Origin: Bacteroidia bacterium
GTDB lineage: Bacteria > Bacteroidota > Bacteroidia > UBA4408
Length of the DNA stretch: 64,000 bases
Direction of reading: 5' to 3'
NCBI GenBank assembly: GCA_014376525.1
Contig: JACMRI010000001.1
Coordinates: forward strand, 3,871 to 67,870
A program made the position numbers and the translations under genes. The notes under the pieces are model-generated. The model saw only the letters and a list, made by a program, of their open reading frames with translations. It searched no databases and was not told where the DNA came from. Shown one piece after another: positions 8,561-17,977 of the stretch; the first letter of the stretch is position 1, and every line of letters starts with the position of its first letter.

Positions 8561-10072
8561 ATGAACATTTACCAACAAAAATTAGTGTGGAAATTACTAC
8601 TACTGTTAGCAGCATTACTTATAGTGGTGGCAAGTGTGGTATATACTAATAGCGTAGTAAAAAAAATAGCGCATGACGAACGCAACAAAGTACAAATATG
8701 GGCGCAGGCTTTACAAAAAAAAGCCAATCTTATACAATACACGCAATCGTTATTTGAGAAATTAGCACAAGAAGAACAAAAAAAAGTAGGTTTGTGGGCC
8801 AAAGCCACTGAGCACCTAGCAAGCTCAAGTATTGATGCTGGTAATTTGGGCTTTGTGTTTGATGTAATACGTAATAATCAAACTGTACCTGTATTATTAA
8901 CTGATGAAAAACTGAACATAATATCCAGCATAAACTTTGATTCGTCGGTTGCCAACAACCCTATTTTACTGCAAAGAGAACTAAATACAATACGACAAAA
9001 TATGTCGCCTATTGTTATAAAAGTTACGCCTACACGTCGTAATTATATTTATTATAAAGACTCTCGCTTGTTTGCCGAACTTAAATATACTATGAATGAT
9101 TTAATACAATCATTCATAAGTGAAATAGTGAGCAACTCTGCATCAGTGCCTGTGGTGCTTATAGATTCGGTATCGCAAGCTGTAGTTACATCGGGCAATG
9201 TAGATACTACCGTGCTAAATAATACCACTAAACGCATAGCCTTATTAGCTAGCATGCGCGAGCAGCATACACCACTTACGGTAAGTATAAATGCGGCAAC
9301 GCACTATGTATATTACGAAGAATCTCAATTGCTAAAAGAGCTGCGTTACTTTCCGTACATACAATTTTTTATAATAGGGTTATTTTTATTTGCAGCCTAT
9401 TATTTATTTAGTGTATCGCGTAAGGCAGAGCAAAATCAAGTGTGGGTGGGCATGAGCAAGGAAACGGCGCATCAGTTAGGCACGCCTATATCGTCGCTTA
9501 TGGCGTGGGTAGAGTTATTAAAACTACAAGATACTGATGCGCAAACTGTATACGAAATAGAAAAAGATGTACTACGCTTACAAGCAGTAGCCGATAGATT
9601 TAGCAAAGTAGGTTCAAGCCCCGATTTAAAGCTAGCCCCAGTAGCCAAGGCACTTACACACAGTTTGGAGTATATGAAAAAACGTGTTTCTACCAAAGTT
9701 GATTTTACGTATAACATTGCAGTAGATACCGATACACAAGTAATGCTTAATATTCCGTTATTGGATTGGGTACTAGAAAACGTAATAAACAATGCCGTAG
9801 ATGCTATGGATGCCGTGGGTACACTATGTATTACGGCTACTGAGCAACTAACCACTATATGTATTGATATTGAAGATACAGGCAAAGGCATACCTGCTAA
9901 TAAACTAAGTACTGTATTTGCTCCAGGTTTCACTACCAAAAAACGAGGTTGGGGATTGGGCTTATCACTTGCCAAACGGATAGTAGAGGAGTACCACAAG
10001 GGCAAAATATTTATAAAAGATTCCGTAATAGATAAAGGTACTACAGTGCGTATTGTACTTAATAAAAATTAA
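8561..10072 (+). CDS. Sensor histidine kinase (periplasmic sensor domain, HisKA + HATPase_c)
   Basis: An N-terminal TM helix and a ~240-aa periplasmic region are followed by a second TM. H-box MSKETAHQLGTPISSL is present. N/G boxes are NNAVDAMDAV and EDTGKGIP ... GWGLGLSLAKRIVEEY. No response regulator is adjacent. Confidence 0.8.
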   Translation: MNIYQQKLVWKLLLLLAALLIVVASVVYTNSVVKKIAHDERNKVQIWAQALQKKANLIQYTQSLFEKLAQEEQKKVGLWAKATEHLASSSIDAGNLGFVFDVIRNNQTVPVLLTDEKLNIISSINFDSSVANNPILLQRELNTIRQNMSPIVIKVTPTRRNYIYYKDSRLFAELKYTMNDLIQSFISEIVSNSASVPVVLIDSVSQAVVTSGNVDTTVLNNTTKRIALLASMREQHTPLTVSINAATHYVYYEESQLLKELRYFPYIQFFIIGLFLFAAYYLFSVSRKAEQNQVWVGMSKETAHQLGTPISSLMAWVELLKLQDTDAQTVYEIEKDVLRLQAVADRFSKVGSSPDLKLAPVAKALTHSLEYMKKRVSTKVDFTYNIAVDTDTQVMLNIPLLDWVLENVINNAVDAMDAVGTLCITATEQLTTICIDIEDTGKGIPANKLSTVFAPGFTTKKRGWGLGLSLAKRIVEEYHKGKIFIKDSVIDKGTTVRIVLNKN

Positions 10073-10448
10073 AAAATATGAAGCAATTATTGAGCAAGTT
10101 TGAAGGTCAAGGTTATGGAAACGTATTGTGTGCTGAATAATGAATTATTAAGTAAACGCTGTTTATAATTGGTGTAACCACAAAAACTAATTTACATAGT
10201 ATGCAATTTTTTGTTGGTAATTATTTTTGTTGGGTTTTGGTATTATTAAAACTATAATCGGCAATTATGGTATCGAAACTATTGATTTAGCAATTACAAT
10301 AACCCACATATCTGTTACTGACAATGACATTACACAAGTCTAGAATACTAATATGGGTAAGGTGCTTAATGCAGCATTTATGTAATTTATTATTATTATA
10401 ATTGCAATTAAAAAAATATTTTTTTCTACTTTATTAGTATAACTTTCT

Positions 10449-13196
10449 ATGCGCTTACTTACTATATTCATTTTTGTTTTTTTATCAATAACTGCCCATG
10501 CACAACAACTTACTATTGCTGGTACAGTGCAAGATACCACACCCAGTAGCGGGCTTAAAAATGCGGTAATACTAGCCGTAAGGCTTAAAGACTCTACGCT
10601 TGTAAACTATACACGTAGCAATGCGCAAGGGCTTTATAAAATGACCTTACCCTTAGATACCTACCAAATAGTGGTAACGCACACCAACTTTGGCGACCAA
10701 GAATACTATGTGTTTGGTAGTACCGAAAACTACGAATTTGATTTTGGAAAAGTACAACTCCCCAACAAATCAGTAGCGTTAAAAGAGGTAAAAATATATG
10801 CGTTTAAAGACCCTGTGTATTACAACGGCGATACCCTAGTATATATAGCCGATTCGTTTAAAGTAAAGCCCAATGCAGTAATTGAGGACTTGCTAAAAAA
10901 ACTACCAGGTATACAAGTGGACAAAGATGGAAAAATAAAAGCGCAGGGTAAAGCCATAGATAAAGTACTGATAGATGGAGATGAGTTTTTTGGAACAGAT
11001 CCTACCATTGCTACCAAAAACTTAAATGCAAATACATTGGAAACAGTACAAGTGTATGAGAAAAAAAATGAAGATGCGAGTGCCGATGTAGGTAAAGAAA
11101 CTATAAAGGTAATGGATTTAAAACTAAAGGATAGCGCCAAAAAAGGCTACTTTGGAAAAGTAAGTGCAGCAAGCGACGTGCAAAAATTTTACGAAGGAAG
11201 CGTGCTATTAAACAAGTTTAAAAACAAACAAAAAATATCATTAATGGGCATAAGTACTAACACGCCCAAAGGTGAGTTTGGCTATAGTGATATGAGTAAA
11301 TTTGGATTGAATACAAATATGTTTGAAGGTAATGATGGTAACGAATACAATATGTATGGCGGTAATGTTGGTATTAATAACGGAATACCTCGTACATTAA
11401 AAACAGGATTGTTTTACAACGAAAAATACAGTACTAAAAGCGCGCTTACCGCTAATTATTCGTACAACGAATCGTTACTAAAAACTGGAGAAGAAGTAAA
11501 CACACAATATTTTTTAACAGATACTAACTATGTATCAAAAATAACTTCCGTTAATACACAGTTGAGTAAGCAACACGTGGTAAATATGAAATATACCCAA
11601 AAGCTGGACTCACTTACCGAGCTAGAAATAAAACCAAGTGTAAGTTATAACTTAAATCAAGGGTATGGAGATAATAATACTGCGTTTTTAACCACTACCA
11701 ACAAATTAAATAGAAACACACTGGTAAATAATACCAGTAATAGCAGTGGTTACAACGTAGGTACATCGGTACGTATAAAACATAATTTTATGAAAGCCAA
11801 TCGTGAGTTTAGAGCCAAATACACCATAGGTATTGCTAACAATGAGGGTAAAAGTATATTACAATCGAGCAACAATAATTTTAACAATACTACAGTAACA
11901 GTAAGCAACATAATTAATCAACAAAAAAACAATACTAGCGCAAGTACTAGCCATAGCGGTATGTTGTGGTATGTAGAGCCGCTTAATAAAAAAAATAAAC
12001 TAGAATTTAAATTAGAAGATACCTACACACTTAGTACCCAAGACCGTACTACTCTAAATAGCATAAACGGTGAATACACAGAGCTTAACGCCTTACTTAC
12101 CAATAATTTTGAAACCAAACGTGTAGTAAGCAAAGCCAGTGTGTTGTATAAATTTGACACTAAAAAACAACACTTCCATTTTGGCTCGGCAGTGCGCAAC
12201 GTAATGGTGAATAGTACTAATTTGGTTAATAATACTAACATTATTCAAAATATAAATAATGTATTGCCAGTGGCAGAGTATCGCTACAATATATCCGACA
12301 ATGCCGAGTTGTGGTCGGGCTACAGCACCTCTAGTAGCCAACCTAGCGTTACCCAGTTGCAACCTGTGTTTGATAATAGTAACCCTAATTATATTACTGT
12401 TGGTAATCCTAGCTTAAAACCCAACTACGAACATAATTTTAACTTAGGTGCTAATAAATATAGTGTGCTAAGTGGCAATTATTTAGGTTTTGAAAGTAAT
12501 TATAGTATTGTAAATAACGATTTTACAAGTGCTATTGTATATGATAGTGTGGGGCGAGCAACCTCCCAAACTGTAAATATAAATGGTAACAACACCGCAA
12601 GTATAAATTCTTGGTCGCAATTTTCATTATACAAAAAGGTATGGTACATAGCACCAAGTTTGAATGGTAATTATTATAAAAACAACAACTTTATTAACGC
12701 CAACAAAAACACAACAGCCCAAATAACCATAACGCCCGATGTAAGATTGCAATACGAATTGGAAGATAAAATAACAGCATCTACATCGGCAAGCTTTACG
12801 TACAACTTACCTATATCAAGTATTAGCAGAACAAATACAGCACCTTATTATACGCAAAACTACAGTGCCAGTTTGCAACTTACGTTACCAAAAAAGTTTA
12901 TAATAGAAAGTGATATAAATTACACCATAAATAGTAAACGTACCAATGGTTACAATATTAATTATATAATATGGAATGCCAGTATTAAAAAGCGTTTTTT
13001 GAAGAATGAAAACTTAATACTATCATTTAATGCCAACGATATATTAAACCAAAATGTAAATGTAGCACGTACTGTAACCAACAATACTATTACTGACACT
13101 AAAACAAACATTATAGCACGTTATTTTTTGTTGGGGATAACTTGGAAATTTAACAGTCAAAAAATTAAAGATGATGATAACGGACATGGTATGTAA
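10449..13196 (+). CDS. TonB-dependent-receptor-like outer-membrane beta-barrel protein with N-terminal carboxypeptidase-regulatory-like domain
   Basis: Signal peptide MRLLTIFIFVFLSITAHAQ. An N-terminal CarbopepD_reg-like beta-sandwich (QQLTIAGTVQDTTP...AVILAV...YKMTLPLDTYQIVVTHTNF) is followed by a plug-like region (LPGIQVDKDGKIKAQGKAIDKVLIDGDEFFG). A long S/T/N/Y-rich beta-strand barrel region ends in WKF. Overall ~915 aa. Confidence 0.65.
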   Translation: MRLLTIFIFVFLSITAHAQQLTIAGTVQDTTPSSGLKNAVILAVRLKDSTLVNYTRSNAQGLYKMTLPLDTYQIVVTHTNFGDQEYYVFGSTENYEFDFGKVQLPNKSVALKEVKIYAFKDPVYYNGDTLVYIADSFKVKPNAVIEDLLKKLPGIQVDKDGKIKAQGKAIDKVLIDGDEFFGTDPTIATKNLNANTLETVQVYEKKNEDASADVGKETIKVMDLKLKDSAKKGYFGKVSAASDVQKFYEGSVLLNKFKNKQKISLMGISTNTPKGEFGYSDMSKFGLNTNMFEGNDGNEYNMYGGNVGINNGIPRTLKTGLFYNEKYSTKSALTANYSYNESLLKTGEEVNTQYFLTDTNYVSKITSVNTQLSKQHVVNMKYTQKLDSLTELEIKPSVSYNLNQGYGDNNTAFLTTTNKLNRNTLVNNTSNSSGYNVGTSVRIKHNFMKANREFRAKYTIGIANNEGKSILQSSNNNFNNTTVTVSNIINQQKNNTSASTSHSGMLWYVEPLNKKNKLEFKLEDTYTLSTQDRTTLNSINGEYTELNALLTNNFETKRVVSKASVLYKFDTKKQHFHFGSAVRNVMVNSTNLVNNTNIIQNINNVLPVAEYRYNISDNAELWSGYSTSSSQPSVTQLQPVFDNSNPNYITVGNPSLKPNYEHNFNLGANKYSVLSGNYLGFESNYSIVNNDFTSAIVYDSVGRATSQTVNINGNNTASINSWSQFSLYKKVWYIAPSLNGNYYKNNNFINANKNTTAQITITPDVRLQYELEDKITASTSASFTYNLPISSISRTNTAPYYTQNYSASLQLTLPKKFIIESDINYTINSKRTNGYNINYIIWNASIKKRFLKNENLILSFNANDILNQNVNVARTVTNNTITDTKTNIIARYFLLGITWKFNSQKIKDDDNGHGM

Positions 13197-13914
13197 AAAA
13201 ATAACGGTACTCGCTTTTTTAGTAGTAATAACAAGCTATATAGCGCAAGCGCAAGTAACTGCAGGCAAAATAACTTATGAAAGAAAAACTAACTTGACCA
13301 AAAAATTTAAAGACAGCGAGTGGGCAAGAGATTACATAAAAGAAAAAAATAAAATAGATGAATTTGAACTTTATTTTAATGATACCGCAAGCGTATTTAA
13401 AGAAAAAGAAACTGATGTAGAAAACCGTAATGACTGGTACACCAGCAAAAACGAAGTGTATCAAAATTACACACAAAACCAAAAATTAACCATAAAAAGT
13501 ATATGGGGCGAAAAGTTTGCAATAACCGATACACTAAGCAAACGTGTATGGAAAATGACTGATAGCAAGCGTAATATAGCAGGTTTTAATTGTCGTAAGG
13601 CAATATGGCAAAGCGTAGATAGTAGCAAACTGAAAATGTATGCTTGGTATTGCAACGAAATAGCCCCATCAGTAGGGCCAGAAAGTTTTAATGGCTTACC
13701 AGGTGCTATACTTGGGCTTGCCACCGAAGATGGCGGAATAGTTTTTTTTGCTACAAAGGTAGAAACTAGTAACCCAAACATTAACGCATTATGGTATAAG
13801 AATAAAAAGAAACGCTACACTTCAGCCGAATTTACAACCGAAATTATAGCTCGATTTGGTAAGGACAAATGGTTTAAACCACAAATGAAAGAATTATTTG
13901 GTGCTTGGCAGTAA
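13186..13914 (+). CDS. GLPGLI family protein
   Basis: Contains the eponymous motif NGLPGAILGLATEDGG. Signal peptide KKITVLAFLVVITSYIAQAQ. The ORF-track start (13171) overlaps the upstream gene; the MVCKK start at 13186 is more plausible. The family is typical of Flavobacteriia. Confidence 0.8.
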   Translation: MVCKKITVLAFLVVITSYIAQAQVTAGKITYERKTNLTKKFKDSEWARDYIKEKNKIDEFELYFNDTASVFKEKETDVENRNDWYTSKNEVYQNYTQNQKLTIKSIWGEKFAITDTLSKRVWKMTDSKRNIAGFNCRKAIWQSVDSSKLKMYAWYCNEIAPSVGPESFNGLPGAILGLATEDGGIVFFATKVETSNPNINALWYKNKKKRYTSAEFTTEIIARFGKDKWFKPQMKELFGAWQ

Positions 13915-14048
13915 ACTTTTATTTGGTAATTATTAAGTAGTAAATGTTTACGTTCTTAAATACACTCATAACAACGTTAAGTTACCAGATCAAGAATATT
14001 GTAATTAAAATAGTTAAGATATTTTAACGTTTCGAAAATAAGAACCTA

Positions 14049-14996
14049 TTACCACTCGCTTATTTTTTTTTTTGTATCAATAAATTCGTTCCATATTTCG
14101 GCTACTATATCTGCCGCAGGCATAATAGCGGTAATACTTGCAGCTACTTGTCCTACTTCTAATTCGCCCTCTAACATATCTCCTTCAAACATTCCTTTTT
14201 TTGCACGACCTCTACCTAATAATGCGGCAAGTTCTTCGTTAGTAGCACCATTAGCTTCGGCGTTTATAATTTCGTTTCCAAATTTATTTTTTATTAACCG
14301 TACGGGTGTAAGTTGTTTTAAGGTAAGTTGTGTATCGCCTTCGTGGCAAGCAAGTACTCTGTCTTTAAAGGCTTGGTGTGCGCTACTTTCGTGGCTAGCT
14401 ATAAAGCGGCTACCTATTTGTACACCTTGAGCGCCTAATACCATGGCTGCCAACATTTGCTTACCAGATGCTATACCTCCTGCGGCTATTACAGGAATAG
14501 TAACAGCTGCACATATTGTAGGTATAAGGCATAGCGTGGTGGTTTCTTCTCGTCCGTTGTGTCCGCCTGCTTCAAACCCCTCTGCTATTATAGCATCTAC
14601 GCCTGCTTCGGCACACTTTATGGCAAACTTTGTGTTGGCTATTACATGTACTACGGTTATTCCTTGGGCTTTTAGGCGAGAAGTATATGTTTTGGGATTG
14701 CCAGCCGATGTTACCACTATTTTAACACCTAACTCAATAATGATGGCAATATGTTCTTCAATATTAGGATATAATAAAGGTAAGTTTACTGCAAAAGGTT
14801 TGTTGGTAGTGGCTTGGCATTTGGTAATGTGTGTGCGCAATTGCTCAGGGTACATACTACCTGCTCCTATTATTCCTAACGCGCCTGCATTGCTTACTGC
14901 ACTTGCAAGTTCCCACCCACTGCACCATATCATACCAGCTTGCAGTATGGGATATTGTATGTTAAATAATTGTGTAATACGGTTAGTTGTTTTCAT
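14049..14996 (-). CDS. Nitronate monooxygenase family flavoprotein (enoyl-ACP reductase II FabK-like)
   Basis: NMO/2-nitropropane-dioxygenase family motifs: N-terminal PILQAGMIWCSGWELASAVSNAGALGIIGAG, central TIPVIAAGGIASGKQM and a C-terminal GAQGVQIGSRF region. Confidence 0.75.
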   Translation of the reverse strand: MKTTNRITQLFNIQYPILQAGMIWCSGWELASAVSNAGALGIIGAGSMYPEQLRTHITKCQATTNKPFAVNLPLLYPNIEEHIAIIIELGVKIVVTSAGNPKTYTSRLKAQGITVVHVIANTKFAIKCAEAGVDAIIAEGFEAGGHNGREETTTLCLIPTICAAVTIPVIAAGGIASGKQMLAAMVLGAQGVQIGSRFIASHESSAHQAFKDRVLACHEGDTQLTLKQLTPVRLIKNKFGNEIINAEANGATNEELAALLGRGRAKKGMFEGDMLEGELEVGQVAASITAIMPAADIVAEIWNEFIDTKKKISEW

Positions 14997-15082
14997 AGGT
15001 ATAGTTGGTAGGTAATTATAATTAATTAGTACATTATTTTTTAATTATTAATGTTGGTTTTAAGCCTAATTTGCAAAATGAG

Positions 15083-15826
15083 TTATTGTTTTATATAATT
15101 TCCTCTGTCGGGGTTGTTAAGGTATCGTAAATTGCCTATTCCTTTGTCGTACACATTGCCTAAGCTATATATTTGCCCATAAATATCACCTTGTGTATTT
15201 AAATAAATATCAGATAAACCCGAGTTTGTAAAATCAGTATAATTGCTTTTAAAATCGCTTGCATCTATTCTGCCTATTGCTCCAGTGTATGCAAATAACC
15301 TATCGCATTTACCGTGTAATATATATGTGCCAGTACCTGTAGAAATATCCAAAACCATAACTTTGGAAGTGCAATATATATTTACCTCACTTGATGTTAA
15401 ATCACCTCTAATCTTAAGTGTATCTGTATTGTACGTATTTTTATTTATTGTAATAGTACCAGTTCCTAATACTTTTAAGTAAGCCAAGTTGTTAGTATGC
15501 AGCACCACATTTATAGGTGTAGAGTAGGAGCGTGTCCAATTAAATGTGTTGGTGTTTTTTATAATTAGTTCGTCTGCTACAAGTTGAGTAGTAATTTTGG
15601 GTAGTAAATTTTTACCTGCTGTTAGTACTATATAGTTAGTACTATCTGCCACTGTAGTAAGGTTAATATTACTATATATACTTACTGTATGTATGGTTGC
15701 ATTAAGTGTACGTTGCTCAATAGTAATAGGTCCTGTAGGTTTAAAAGCATCAGTAATAGGTGCTTTTTCGCAACTGTAAAGGATACTATACATACCGTAA
15801 AAAAATAAAATTACAACACTACGCAT
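15083..15826 (-). CDS. Putative lipoprotein, DUF2807-like (auto-transporter adhesin head GIN-domain-like beta-solenoid)
   Basis: Lipoprotein-type signal with Cys (ILYSCEKAP). Repetitive short beta-strand segments rich in T/N/G/I/Y. Size (~247 aa) and composition resemble DUF2807. Confidence 0.4.
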   Translation of the reverse strand: MRSVVILFFYGMYSILYSCEKAPITDAFKPTGPITIEQRTLNATIHTVSIYSNINLTTVADSTNYIVLTAGKNLLPKITTQLVADELIIKNTNTFNWTRSYSTPINVVLHTNNLAYLKVLGTGTITINKNTYNTDTLKIRGDLTSSEVNIYCTSKVMVLDISTGTGTYILHGKCDRLFAYTGAIGRIDASDFKSNYTDFTNSGLSDIYLNTQGDIYGQIYSLGNVYDKGIGNLRYLNNPDRGNYIKQ

Positions 15827-15997
15827 TATGTTTTTTTAGGTTTAAAATAATAGTTGTGAATGTACTACTAAAAGTAAAATACTAAGGATTAAATTTTTTA
15901 ATGTATGCCACTTTTAAACAACAAAATAAGTAGTACTTTAGTTAAATTAATATCAATAAATACCACAGTTAAAACCAATTTAAAATTTTATAAAAAA

Positions 15998-16963
15998 ATG
16001 AAAAGCTATTTTCATAAATTAGCAATTGTGTTAGTTGTAATTAGTGGATGCAAAAAGCCTAAAAGCGACGACCCTACGCCCATTAATCCATTGTCGTTGG
16101 CTGCATCAAAATCGCCGTATGCAACCCTTGCCGATTATTTTAAGAAAGCCGTTACCAAGCAATTATTTACTTTGCCTAATAATACTGCAAACGTGCGTCT
16201 TAAATGTAACCAAGGCACTATACTAGAGCTCTATCGTGCATCGTTGCTTGATGTAAACAATGTGCCAGTAGTAGTTAATACTGATGTGCGCATTGAAATA
16301 GAAGAATATATTAGCGCAAAAGACATGCTTCTGTATGGTAAAAATACCAATGCTACTGATACCTTACTTGCAAGCCAAGGATTAATAAACATAAAATTGA
16401 AAGATGGTAATGGTAACACATTGCATTTTGCATCAACGGCTAATGCACTCAAAGTGGAATTTCCAGCAAAAACATACACTTTTACTAATTCTGATTTTTA
16501 TTTAGGTGCAACTGATGCTAATAACCTACTAAATAGCACTTTACAACCCAACGGAAGAAACAAATTTACTAAACAAACCGATGCTATAGAAGGTGCAATG
16601 TTTTATATGTATAGTTTGCCTCATTTAACTAATTGGGTGCAGTGTGCTTACCCAAAACCTGCAACTGTAGGAGGTTCTGTGGCGGTAACTGTTAGTTTTG
16701 ACGAACCAAAATTAATAGGAAAACAAAAGTTGGTATACGCTTACTCTGAGATTTTAAATGCAGCGTATGTAAGTGTTACAACCAACAATGAAGTTACCCT
16801 TAACCGCTTGCCACAAGGCTACAATTTTAAGTTGGTATGTTTAAGTATTGTAAACGAGTATATGTATACCGATGTGCAAAACTGGAACAGTACAGCCACA
16901 CAGCAACTAAGCCCACGCAGTATAACCGATGCCGAATATAGCGTCAAAATAAGAGCCTTGTAA
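15998..16963 (+). CDS. Hypothetical lipoprotein
   Basis: The ORF-track ORF is 15905..16963. The most plausible start is MKSYFHKLAIVLVVISGCKKP at 15998, a lipobox-like VISGC. No recognisable catalytic motifs. Confidence 0.4.
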   Translation: MKSYFHKLAIVLVVISGCKKPKSDDPTPINPLSLAASKSPYATLADYFKKAVTKQLFTLPNNTANVRLKCNQGTILELYRASLLDVNNVPVVVNTDVRIEIEEYISAKDMLLYGKNTNATDTLLASQGLINIKLKDGNGNTLHFASTANALKVEFPAKTYTFTNSDFYLGATDANNLLNSTLQPNGRNKFTKQTDAIEGAMFYMYSLPHLTNWVQCAYPKPATVGGSVAVTVSFDEPKLIGKQKLVYAYSEILNAAYVSVTTNNEVTLNRLPQGYNFKLVCLSIVNEYMYTDVQNWNSTATQQLSPRSITDAEYSVKIRAL

Positions 16964-17707
16964 ATGCCCAAAACAAGTATATACACTTACCTATTTATGT
17001 TGCCTCGGGTAATATGGAAACTGTTTTTTATAATCAATTTTATAATAGGGCTTGTTGTGTTGTACCCCTTGTTTTATCTACTATTGCAAGGTAACGCTCC
17101 TTATACTAAAGCGTTTGCATTAATGCGATTTTGGGCCTGTTGGATACTTCATGTGCCAGGTATATTTGTACACACCAAAGGCAATGCTAACGTTGCTACT
17201 ACACCTTGTGTATTGGTTGCTAATCATGCTTCTTACCTTGATATTATTGTGAGTTACGTGGTGTTTAACTTTTATTTTGTGTTTGTGGGCAAAAGCGAAA
17301 TACGTAGTGCGCCATTATTTAATGTGTTTTTTAAACGTATGAATATATTGGTAGATAGGGGTAACGCATCATCGGGCGCTACTGCTTATAAGGCCTGTAG
17401 CGAGCGTTTGCAACGTGGCGAAAGTGTATTTTTATTTCCTGAAGGTGGTATTAGAGCTAATAGCGATATGCGTACGTTTAAAAATGGTGCGTTCCAATTA
17501 GCTATTGATAACCAAGTACCAATAGTACCTGTAACGTTTCGTAACAACTGGAAACTACTACAAACAGGGGCATTTTTTAAGTGCTACGGTACACCAGGTA
17601 TAGCGCAAGTAGTGGTGCATAATAGTGTACCTACTTTGGGCTTAACCAAAGAGTATGTTCCACAACTAAAAAAAACTGTTTTTGATGTTATAAAAAATGC
17701 ACTGTAA
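16964..17707 (+). CDS. 1-acyl-sn-glycerol-3-phosphate acyltransferase family protein (PlsC-like)
   Basis: N-terminal TM. HX4D motif NHASYLD and FPEGGIR motif (acyltransferase motifs I and III). The V-P-I-V-P-V motif IV region is present. Confidence 0.7.
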   Translation: MPKTSIYTYLFMLPRVIWKLFFIINFIIGLVVLYPLFYLLLQGNAPYTKAFALMRFWACWILHVPGIFVHTKGNANVATTPCVLVANHASYLDIIVSYVVFNFYFVFVGKSEIRSAPLFNVFFKRMNILVDRGNASSGATAYKACSERLQRGESVFLFPEGGIRANSDMRTFKNGAFQLAIDNQVPIVPVTFRNNWKLLQTGAFFKCYGTPGIAQVVVHNSVPTLGLTKEYVPQLKKTVFDVIKNAL

Positions 17708-17977
17708 TTGTAATTTTATAACATCAAAAACGCAATTTTAGCAACAACCCTATACACAACAATTTAGCAGTAGCCAAACAGCTGATGTATAATAAGTATA
17801 ATTTTAATTGCTCTAAAATTATAATAAAAAGTAAAGAATATGGCGCTACAACATTTAAACTAAATATATAGTACCAAATAGCTAAATTTATATTCATTAA
17901 AATTGAGCAATTTGTAACCTTTTGGAAACGCAGTAACAACGATATTAAACAACCATTTAAAGCAATTACATCATACT

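Noticed and set aside
9472-10005. 177-aa minus-strand ORF within the histidine kinase gene, and similar antisense ORFs at 8569..8808 and 9052..9255
   Set aside because: Antisense to a kinase with clear H/N/G boxes. Ser/Thr/Val-rich composition typical of shadow ORFs.
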